Under the pieces are notes generated by a model, which saw nothing but the letters and a program-made list of their open reading frames with translations, had not been told where the DNA came from and did not search any database. Shown one piece after another: positions 1-11,506 of a stretch of DNA of 64,000 nucleotides (within the stretch, counting starts at the first letter, position 1; each line of letters begins with the position of its first letter). The DNA lies in NCBI GenBank assembly GCA_012295275.1, contig CM022672.1, positions 12,586,001-12,650,000 of the forward strand, given 5' to 3'. This stretch comes from Chrysomallon squamiferum (Eukaryota; Animalia; Mollusca). The position numbers and the translations under genes are program-made.

Positions 1-113
1 CATATGCATACACACATATATACTAACAAATGCAAGATGACTAACTGATTAGTCAAATAATAGCTGCTGTCTGTATAAATCTTTCAAGCAGTCAGGTATT
101 CTAAATCTTTTAC

Positions 114-2597
114 CAAGTACTAACTGAACCCTATATTGCATAACTTTGGTGATCTGAGGAGAAGTGATGTTTTCATTGAGATCTGTTTGATCATTATCAT
201 AAGAACATTTATTATTATTATTACAGAGACCAGTGATATTAATGTATTCAGCAATTTTTGAAATAAAGTAATAGAAAACAAAATCCATTAAAATACTTAC
301 AACTGACTGCTGTTTGGTACCAGGTTATTGAAACTCTTCCAACATTGGTGAGGTTAGGGGTGAAAATCCCTGGGACAAAGGGATAGCCAAGAATTGCCAA
401 CATCCCAGTTGTGACGGTTTCTTTCATTGTCACATCAGAAATAGTTGCCTCAGTGGAGTTCTCCGAATGCAGCAGCTCAGTTTTAAAAAACACTAATGGT
501 GGTTTCCTTGAGCTATCAATCATCTGTAAAATAAATAATATTTAAAAAAATAAATAAATGAAAGTAAATATAATAAAATAAATAAATAAATAAACAAAAA
601 TAAAAAATAATAAAATAATAAACAAACAAAAATAATCCTAACAGCAACAATAACACAAAACAAACAAACACATAAATAATCATAATTTTAATTAGAAAAT
701 GAAGTATTATTCAAAGGCTAGTACCTAACAGTATAGATAATAAGAACAGATGAATGTTTAAGGACACTTTAAATCATTTTAACACTAAGGGTTATTAGGT
801 GTATGTAGTTTGTGTTCTGCTTATATGAGAGGAAATCTCCTTTAATATGAACCTTATCACAGACAGGAATTTAATACTGCCTTTAATTAAAAAAAAATGT
901 GCCATAGTATTTAGGTGGATGGGAAATTGCCTTTTGGGAATACTGATGGATGACTAAATTCTAACTGCACATTTTTACAGCTATAAGTTCTATTAATATC
1001 TAAAACAAATGTGACAACAAAATTAGTTAATCATAAGGTGAAAAATTATATTATATCAAATAGCAAGAGGCAGGTGCAGTTTTTCTGAAAATGGGAGGCA
1101 TTGTAGGTGTAATGGATGTAACTTTCAAGGTGAAATGAGTTTCAAATAGAGTTAAAAACATTTAGAAAAAAAAAAAATTAAAAAAAAAAACACTGGTTCA
1201 TGGAATTTCCTAAATCTGTTTTGTACATTATTTTAAAAAAAATTTGTGTAAAGACTTTATTTACAATACATCATTACAGTTAACGATAAAAATAATGATG
1301 ACAAAGGTTTTTAAATGAAAAATTCTGGTCTCTTCAATATTTTGTGTTCTAATTTCTTCTTTTATTCCACAAAAATAATCATATTATTTAAAATTAATTT
1401 CTGGCTTCTTTATGGCATTTTCCTTTCAATAATTCCATGAAAATGCAATCATATTATTTAAAATTAATTGTTACAGTTAACAATAAATAAAAAGTTGCCT
1501 TACTTCAAGAGTTCTGGTTGTGTTTTTTTAATTTAAATCTAATCACTTTGTTTATGATATATTTTCACAGCTGATAATAAATTTGATGTTGATTCATTTC
1601 CCGATTAATACCATCAAAATGCAGTCACACTATTTAAAATAGATTAAAACACTTAACAGTAACTGTAACATTGACTTACTTCAAGAGTTCTTGTTATGAT
1701 GACATCAGGGACTGTGATGGAAGAATCGTTGGATACATTCTGAATATGTGTGCGGACTCCATTACCAAGGACAGTGTCTGCAGAACCGAGTACCGGCCAA
1801 GGGGAACCAGGCGTAACAGAATTATCAGACACCATTAAAGTCACCTGTTCAACAGAAGAAAAGTTTAGCTTAGTAACACATTCAGTGCATTTTTAAAATG
1901 TCCCTACAGTGATACAAGAATATATAAAGTATATTTTCTAGCTATGTTTAATTTGTATTTTGGTAAAAACTGTGACATTAAGATGTTCTGTATCAGTATT
2001 ATTTTACCTCATATTTTGTTATGGGCAGTGATAGGACATCCAAACAATAAAATAATAATAATATATATGGAATTAAAATTAGACAGTTTGTTATTTATAC
2101 TGCCACATATGATATTTAATATATGGTTTTACGATGTTATCATACAGGTGGTTAAAGACTAAACAGCTAATGATTGCTGCAAATACATTTTTTTTTTTTT
2201 TTTTTTTTTGCACAGAATTTTGAAATAAGAAAATTAATTAAAAAATTAAACTATTACTACTACTGCTACCACTCTACTATACTACTACTACTTCAACCAC
2301 CACCACAACCACCACTACTAAAAACAATAACTGAACAGAACAACTAAAACAACAGAAATAATAATAATTTTATTAACAACAATAATAGTAAACAGAACAA
2401 TATATTTTAACACACACACACACACACCAAAGATATCTCACCTGTCCTGATAATGGAAGCCCTCCAGTTGATGATATAGGCTGGTTTTCATAACTACATA
2501 AGTCTACAAATGTCACCTGAGAATGAACTACACCAGACAGTGCTGTCACAGATATAATGTAGATCTTGACTAAAAACAAAACATAGTTTTTCTTCAT
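114..2597 (-). CDS. EVC2: 5' part of a multi-exon gene for a signal-peptide-bearing protein, probably EVC2/limbin (ciliary Hedgehog-pathway membrane protein); continues beyond the left edge
   Basis: Coding exons in transcript order: 2597-2442 (MKKNYVLFLVKIYIISVTALSGVVHS-QVTF..., hydrophobic signal peptide), 1844-1680, 523-301 and a probable 182-114. All have AG/GT boundaries and matching phases (0,0,1,1). An in-frame TGA lies 6 nt upstream of ATG 2597, supporting that start. The ectodomain-like sequence has N-glycosylation sequons (NVS, NDS, NST, NLT, NIT). The EVC2 name is inferred from topology and the head-to-head position with an EVC-like gene; the diagnostic TM and coiled-coil region is outside the window. 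Confidence 0.6.
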
Positions 2598-2650
2598 TGT
2601 CTGTCAGTCCAGTGAGCTAAAGCAGTTAAATTTCAGAGTCTGGAGTATGT

Positions 2651-2940
2651 AAACACATTTCTGTAAAATAAAATGAAATACATTTCTGTAAAACAACATT
2701 AAACAGATCAATATAAAAGTAAATTAAACATATTTCTGTAAACCAAAATTAAACAGATTAATATAAAACTAAATTAAACATATTTCTGTAAAACTGAATT
2801 AAACATATTTCTGTAAAACTAAATTAAACATATTTCTGTAAAACTAAATTAAACATATTTCTGTAAAACAAAATTAAACATATTCCTGTAAAACTAAATT
2901 AAACATATTTCTGTAAAACTAAATTAAATACATTTCTATT
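2651..2940. repeat. 25-bp minisatellite (~11 units) overlapping the acceptor of EVC2-like exon 2
   Basis: Unit aaacatatttctgtaaaactaaatt; on the minus strand it reads aatttagttttacag|aaatatgttt, a copy of the real junction ttttacag|aaatgtgttt. Confidence 0.9.
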
Positions 2941-4589
2941 AAACTATTTCATAAAGTCTTGAAGATTATGGTAAACAGTACAAAAACATTTTCAAAAGAT
3001 ACAAAAATCTGAAGTTTTCAGTAGATTGCATTTCAAAACTACTGTATTTATATGAATGATTTATTTCCTCTAACATTAACAGATAAAAGTATTAATCAAA
3101 TTTTGTGTCTAATTTCATTTAGGAGATCATGAAACAGCTTTTATTTAAATCCAGTAAAAATAATTCGAAAAAAAAAAATATATATATATTATAATTTTTT
3201 AAAAATTAAAAAAAAAAAACTTTTGTTCTAATATATTTTACTGGTAATCAGTTGATGTTCATCATTTGGTAATTCATCACATATCTTTGTTTCTTCACAT
3301 ATCATGTTCTCTTGTAACAAGATATTGACATAATATGAAATAATCATAGTGGTGGAATAACAGAGAATGAATAAATAAATTAATAAGTTAAATACATTAA
3401 TTGAAAATATGCATAAATGTTTCTAATGTTTTCTTCTTATTATTGTTATTATTATTTTTTGTTTTGACTGCTAACATTAAAACAAATACAGCTATTTCAA
3501 ATAAATCATTTAAAATATTTTCAGGTTTTCAATTTTAAAACAATCTTTTCAATTTAATGAGTTACACTGAGCCAAAATAATAATTAAAAAGTGATATACA
3601 ATGTTGTGATTTATTTTGTTGTATTAAAAAAGTTAATAAGAAACTAAATAATTTGAAAAACAACCCTCCAAGCCAAACAAATAAAAAAGTAATAATAAAA
3701 AATGTATTTTTAATTTTTTTTTTAAATTTCTATGGTATCCATTATAAAACAGAAATACACTAACACACTGATATCTAACTTATTAAATTGAATCAGTTGA
3801 AAATGTTCGAAAATAAGAAGGATCTCAATTGATCAGGATGATTAACTCTGCAAAACAGATAAACTGTCAAGAAAACTTAATTACAAATAGTACTTAACAG
3901 ATCAATACTAATATGACAAGTGAAGTATCTGTTATTTGCTGCTCTGAAAGGATGATGGACTCGCTGTCTTCAATATGATATCACGTACTGACGTTAAACA
4001 GATTACTTAGTGACACCTGCATTGTTAGATGCTAGGCAGATGTCACTTAAACTGCTTAATGTAACTTAATTAATGGATAAGTGTTATTTTTGTGCTCATC
4101 TTTTTCTTTTTAAAACACCAGGAAACATTTCCCATTATTGTATATGCACTTTTTGCTTATTAATTTTAATAACATTAGTGTAAAGATCAGGGTTTGTCCT
4201 GCCTGGCAACTTGGAAACATAAAGGCATGCATACATACATATCATATATAAATACTGCTGACAATGCATACATTCATATTGTACACACATACACACACAT
4301 GCATACCACACATAGAAGAGACATATATTTCTACATGTACACATATATATGAACGTTTATACATACTCTCATGCCCACTTACACATAAACAAACATAGAC
4401 AGGTATATAAATATTTGGATATAAAAGAACAAGTATCAAAATCTGCATTATATTTGCATATATATGATAATATATATCTGAAAATTAAAATATAAAACCT
4501 GGTTGAATTCTTTTATTATAATTTAAAGTTATTACAATGATTGTAAGATAAATATACTGGTTTTGTTTTCTTTGTAGTTTTTTTTTAAA

Positions 4590-4623
<34 letters not shown>

Positions 4624-4998
4624 TACTGTTGTTTCATCAATAGTTGTTGTTTACATTCTAACACTGTCAAATATCAGGGGAAAATTTTTGTTTTAAATTA
4701 ATAAATGGAAATTAAACAAACGTAGGCTGTTATGACTTTTTGTACAGAACCACAACAGTATTTTCGTTATAATTTCATATGTACGTGGATATATACATGC
4801 ACATGTTAATTAATTACCACAACACTAAGAAACAGGGAGATAAACAAAAGTTCATTAATGGTTATTAACCTACCAGTCTTATTCATATTTCACACAGTTA
4901 ATCCATAGCACAAGTATATTTACTGTAGAAAAAAGCAGTCATTTAACGCATATATAAAAAACAATGTTATCTTAAACCTAATTACTTGACGTATTTAC

Positions 4999-5145
4999 CG
5001 CTTTCTGAAAAATACACACTGCAGTCAGTTTCAAGGCACCCCAGTCAGTGCCTCGTTTAACAGTAAATTTCGCGGGCATCTGAAAACCGTTGCCACGAAG
5101 CAACGGTTGGTTATTTACCACAACAACGAAAATGGCGGCTTGCAT
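4999..5145 (-). other. Probable first (5' UTR) exon of the EVC2-like gene
   Basis: GC/CpG-richer patch ending in the donor GCG|gtaaat (GT at 4998-4997), which can join the acceptor ttttacag| at 2661/2660. The upstream boundary (TSS) is unknown. Confidence 0.5.
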
Positions 5146-5170
5146 GACTTAACAGGAAGTGAAAGTGCTC
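5060..5170. promoter_or_regulatory. Bidirectional promoter between the EVC2-like and EVC-like genes
   Basis: CpG-containing island between divergent first exons. It carries an E2F-like TTTCGCGG (5068-5075), the palindrome AACCGTTGC-cacgaa-GCAACGGTT (5085-5108; RFX X-box-like, each arm also a MYB-type CAACGG), YY1-type AAAATGGCGGC (5129-5139) and ETS/GABP-type ACAGGAAGTG (5152-5161). Confidence 0.65.
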
Positions 5171-5269
5171 GAAATGTCTAACCAAATAAACAGCTTATGA
5201 CAACATTTTGATAAACTAAAATTTAAGAAATACAATTAAAGGTTGATTCAGAGAACTGCAGGTGCGATA

Positions 5270-5768
5270 ATGGCGTCATGTTCGAATGTAATGAGCGATA
5301 TATGTTTACCTGTGGCGATCGAAGTTGTCCAAACAGGATTCAGTGCACATCCAGGATGGATAGCAGGGGCATTTTTCCTTGGTCTTTTTCTGGGAGCGAT
5401 TGTCACTGCTCTCCTAGTCAGACCATGTTTAAGAGATTGGCAAAAGAAAAAGGTAGACTATTCATATCTTTTATCTTTAATAATGTTTTATTATCATTCT
5501 AATTTCTAATAGTTTTACTGCATTTCAGTTATTCATTTTTTTACGGATATAATATTCTCAAAGAACACAGCTAATAATTAATACAGAAACATACAAATTA
5601 TCAACCCTCCCAAAAAATAAAACAGATCGAACCCACCAACATCAAGACAGCAATAAATAACACAAACATGCCCGAACTGGCGCGCACACACACACAAAAT
5701 CAAACGCTCCCCAGACTGTACAAAAAACAACAACAAAACAATAAAAACAAAACAGAAACAACAAACTG

Positions 5769-5812
<44 letters not shown>

Positions 5813-8800
5813 AAAAAAAAAAAAAAAAAAAAAAAACATAAACCCCCTAAAAAAAACACCAAAACAACATAGACAGACAAAAAACAACTCAACAAATAAG
5901 CAGAACTGCAAAAAAAAAAAAAAAAAAAAAAAAAAACAATATAAACATCAGTTACATTATTTCACTTTGGTTATACCATTATATGAATAGTAAATTATAT
6001 ATTTATCTTAATACTTCAGAGACAAGATATGGAGGAAGCTATGATAGCATCAGGAACAATGGATTCATTTGTCACTACTGAATATGTCAGTCCAGAAAAG
6101 GTAAATATTTTTAAGAATTTATTTGATATCTATTTATAAGGCAAATGTTAAAGGATTTATTTATGTAGCCTTCAGTGAATCTGATTTTAGTAAAATAAAC
6201 TGATAATAACCATAGGTGATCCAAATATACATAAATAACGTAGAGCAGAATGTAGCTTAATTTCCAGTGGATTTTTGGATGTATCCTTCTTGGTAGACTC
6301 ATCAAGCTATTGCCAGTTCCAAACTGTGCTCCACAACAAAGGCTGTGGTTATGTAGTATATATATATAGTGTGATATATATAAATATGCCAAATGGCTAA
6401 TCAAAAAGAGTATCCACTGAATTTGCAGAAGCAGATTTTTTTTGTGTCATTATTTGACTGATCCTTAACTATATGTGCACTGGTATGTAACAGTATGTGT
6501 TGAGTATACTGTTGAATTAAATTTTTATTTTATTTTTTTCATTTGTTAAAGGAAAATAATGAAATCCACTAAATATAATACATAAACATGCACTCAGAAA
6601 GTTGAAGAAAGGCAAAAGCATTTTCTAATTAAAAAAATGTGAATGCATTGTCTGTGTAAATATTTGTATGTATAAACATGATTGTAATGAATATATTTGC
6701 ATGTGTAAGTGTGGATATGAATGTATAATGTTATTGTCTGTGTGCATGTGTGTGTGTGTGTGTGTGTGTATGTAAATAAACACACACACACACACACACA
6801 TATAGAGTGGTTATATAAATACTGGAAAATATGTATAAGTGTAGGTATATGAATGTATAATTTTAATGTCTCTGTAGGTATATGAATGTATAATTTTAAT
6901 GTCTATGTGAATATGTATGTGTGTGTTTATATATATATATATACTATACACACAAACATATATAGAGTGATTATAGTGTGATAAAAATACTCAAAAATGT
7001 TGAATTTATCCTTTATAAACTCACAATACTATGCAAATGGTGTCAGTTTTAATATAAATATAATTAAAAAAGCATTATTCAGTTCAAAACATTTTTTTAG
7101 TTTTTTGTTTGTTTTACTTTCACAGACTGCCATTTCTGATGGAAGACCAAAATCGAAAAAGAAAAAAGGATCTAGGTTTGGAAGAAAAAGTGCTAAAACC
7201 AGAGAAGATGATTCCTGTTCAGATGTGGAAGTCAACTCTGCTCTCAGTCGAGGGATGGTTGACGTTCTTGTCCAGACAACCAGGTTTGTGTCATTTTAAC
7301 TGGTTTCCTCTTTTGTATCTCTTTTACTTGTGACATTAGATCCCTGACCAAGTAGTATATTTAGTATTTTGCTTAGCCTAAAAAATAAAGCAGGTAAAAT
7401 GGAATAACAACAAAAACAAGGGCCAAGGGGTGAGTGACTTTCTACCTGTACACTTGGTGCAAACACAATCACATGCCAGTGATTATTAGTAATTTTATCT
7501 CCTATCAAATGGCTAATTTAAGCCATCAATTAACAATTCTAGGTCATTAATAAAAAGTTGTATTTTTTTTATGTATGCTTAACCTTCAATTCAGTGAGTG
7601 GTTCATACTTATTCACTACTTAAGATAAACATTCTTAAGACACACCAGTGACAACAGCACTAGGATTAGGAATGATATTTACTGGGTCAAAGATATTTTG
7701 ACACATCATTTAAAAAAATGATCCATGGATACATTAGTAATGAAGTGCAATATGCCATATGTCTTTAGTTTAGTTTTCTAAAGAATACAGACAGGGAAAT
7801 AATGACATGTTCCAAATATGGCCTACACACAAGTAAATACTGTTTGCCTTGTTAGTAACCTGAAAGTGATCAATAGCACCCTGTGCTGTTGGCTCTGTAA
7901 TTATTTGCTCTAGAGGATATGGCTTATATGAATTAATAATCATGTTTCTTACATTTTCACGTTCAAAAACTCATTAAAATCACCAAAGAGTAGAACTGTT
8001 CACGACAAGAAGTCTTTATATTTAATTGTGTTTACAGTCACACCGTCAGATTTAGGTTTACGTTGAAATATTTCCAGTCATTTTATGTTCTCATTTAACA
8101 AATTTCATCTGTTGCAAGAATGATTATTGACATCTTAGCAGTTATATAAACATGATAATGGTGACATCATTATTGTCTTTCTTATGAAACCTATTAATAT
8201 TTAGCTTACTACAAAGTATTATATCAGATGCTTTCTGTTAATAGTGTTATATCTAAAATATACTGATATTCAGCAAGAGATACCTTTTTTTTTTATCATA
8301 CATGTTGAGTGTTAAGATGTGATGTAGTTAAAAACTTAGCAAAACATGCTTGTAATTATAATCTTGAAAAATATATAAACTTAATATGTTGGTGCAAAAA
8401 TAAATAAATAAATAAAACAATTATACACATTTATTTCTCTTTAAAATAGGTTTGTGACCTAATAGTAATACCAAGCCACACACACACACGCACACACTTT
8501 CATAAAATATGAATAAAAATAAATCTTTGTTTGAAGCAAATACCTAAACATACTGGACAGATGGATGAAAAAAAAAAAAATGCAACAACAACCCCCTTCT
8601 GAATATTTGACCAAACAAATAATATCAGATATCATAAGTAAAGCAAATTTGAATAGGATCAGATTACACGATGCATAAAATTCTGTGAATGCTTCATTGA
8701 TGTTACTGTTTGTGGCACTAACAGTACTGCTAGATTTCTATTTGTGTTAAGAACTAATAACCTTCACCCAGAAAATGTCAATAGTTCTGTTGTTGTTCAC

Positions 8801-9062
8801 AATGGCTTTGGGTTTAGTTGACAAAGCAAAATAGTAGATGACAAAATCCTTTTATTTCAGAAGAGCATGACTAGGCTTGCAGTCCTTGGGAAAAGGAGTG
8901 TTCAAATTCCAGTGGCATTTTAGATAAAGGAAAAAAAGCAAGAAATAATGACAGTAACAAAAACAGCAACAACAACAACAACAACAATAATAATAAAGTA
9001 TAGAAGTAAAAAATATAAAATATATAAATAAAATAAAAAACAAAGAATAAATGACTAAAAAT

Positions 9063-9159
<97 letters not shown>

Positions 9160-11467
9160 AACATATTGAAAAGCAATACAGATACACTGACCTACTACTA
9201 ACCAATGTAATTAAAAGGTGAATAATAATTTAGCATGCATGCTGCTGTTCATGTTGTGGTTCATTATTAATGTTCACTTCAATGAGAAAGCCGCATGTGT
9301 TTATTAGGAAAGTGAAATCTGCTGGATGATTAAAATCAGTAATTGTTCTTCATTAAATTAATTAATTCACACTGTGCCCATGTAATGCCAAGAAAAACAA
9401 CGTGAAAACAAGAAGTATGTCATTTGAAGCATGTACAGTCATATTGATTGTAAATTATTAATATGACGGTAATTATTTTTGGTGAGGCACGTCAGTTTGG
9501 ATTACTGATTGATAATGGCTTTGAAATTAATACAAAGATGTTAGTTTATAATATAATATCATGTCATAGTTTATTTAATAACGTAAAGTAAAATAAAATA
9601 AAAGTATAGAATGAAAAAAGTATGAAAATAAAGGAATAAAACAAAAAAAAACCCACCAAAACAACAATAATAATATAATAAATAAACAAATAAAATAAAC
9701 AGCTCTTGAAAACCACCACCACCACAGCAACAATGACATATTAATTTTGTAAATATGATGTATTTATATCTTTATGATTTTATGAATTTTTGTACGAAAA
9801 AAGAAAGAAAAGTATTGTAACACTATTCCTTCATAATATTATGTCATAACTAATTAAAAACAAAATGTATAATAAATAATAAAATAAAATTTAAAAAAAA
9901 AAAAAAAAAAAATCTCACCAAAAACAATACCAACAGCAAAGTATTAATTTTGTAAAAATGGTTTATTGATATTTTTTATAGTTTTTTAAGATTATTATAT
10001 AAAAACATTATATCCATATGTAAATGTGCAATGACATAAGGGAAACAAAATGAAACTAATAAGCTTATCATTCAGATGGCTTAACTCTGCTGATAATTGT
10101 CTGTGACACTGCTAAATCACGGGCATAACTATAATACCCGTATATAATTTCTTTTTATGTTTTAAACCTAATACGTAATTCTCTCTATTTGTTTATTTCA
10201 GTCGATTTATTCAGAACTGAATTTAATTTATGTTAAAGTAAAGTTGTATTTAAACCTGATTATTAAATGCATTTCAAAACATACACAAACTTTATAAATA
10301 ATGTAGGAAAATGTACTCCCTTATATATTTGTTGTCTTAAAGAAAACAAAATGTATGTATGCATGTATGTGTGTATATGTATGCACATATATATGTATGT
10401 TTGTATGTATGTATGTATATGTGTGTGTGTGTATGTGTGTATGTATGGTGTACATATATTTATGTAGGTATGTATATTTGTGTTTTTACACGTTTATATT
10501 TAATTTATTATGTTAATGAATCAAATTTATGAAAAGATTATTATTATTATTTTTTTTTTATAAAGAACAATTGTTCTTTTTAAATTATAAAAATATTATG
10601 ATGATTAATTTTGAAAATAATGTGTTTGTTGTTACAGTGCTGGTTGTGATGGGGAAATGGTTGATCAAGATATGGATATTATCATTAACATGGAAAAAGA
10701 TTTACAAGAAGAAAAAGACACGGTTTGAATAAGACAATAATAGAAGAAACAATAGAAGCCATAATCATATTAATAATAGTATAGTTGAAATGGTAGTAGA
10801 AACAGATGTAGTAAAAGTAATAGTATTAGCATTAGTAGATGGTAGCAGTAGTAGTAGTAATAGCAGTAGTAAAAAAGAAAAAAAAAAAAATTTCATCACA
10901 ATAAAAACAAAAATCCAAACTTCAACATAAAATTTTTGTAGACTGTAAGTAATTGTTGTGTGTCGTTTTAGCTGATGCTGGCGACATTGGAAAGTTTGCT
11001 GCAAAAACAAGTTGAGAAGAATAGCATCAGTGATAATTTCTACCTGATGTTTATGAAAAAGGTCAAAGAAGATGTAAAAGATTTGAGAAATATTGTGGAG
11101 AGGGAGAAAGAAGAAGCTGAAGAGGTTTTAATTTCATTTCATTCTTTATTTTTTCATCTTAATTGTGAAATATTTGTGTTTATGAATTATTAATATTTAT
11201 TTATAATAAATATTTTTGAATTCAAATAATTACACACGTTTTGTCTTAAGGATATTTTTTGTTTTATTTTGTGAAAATAAAAATAATAAGAAAAATAAAT
11301 AAATGGTCAGTGTAAAGTTTTTAGTTTTGAAGATTAAAGTGTATCTATGGTGGTATTAACAATCAAACCCAGTATGTTGTCTGTACTTCTAAATAATTGT
11401 TTTATTTGAATTTGGAGACTATAAATAAAAGTGTAATAATAAAAATAACAATAACAATAACAATAAC

Positions 11468-11506
<39 letters not shown>

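Noticed and set aside
2604-2606. In-frame TGA upstream of the EVC2-like ATG as a selenocysteine or readthrough codon
   Set aside because: The downstream ATG begins a well-formed signal peptide, and no SECIS can be assessed because the 3' UTR is outside the window.
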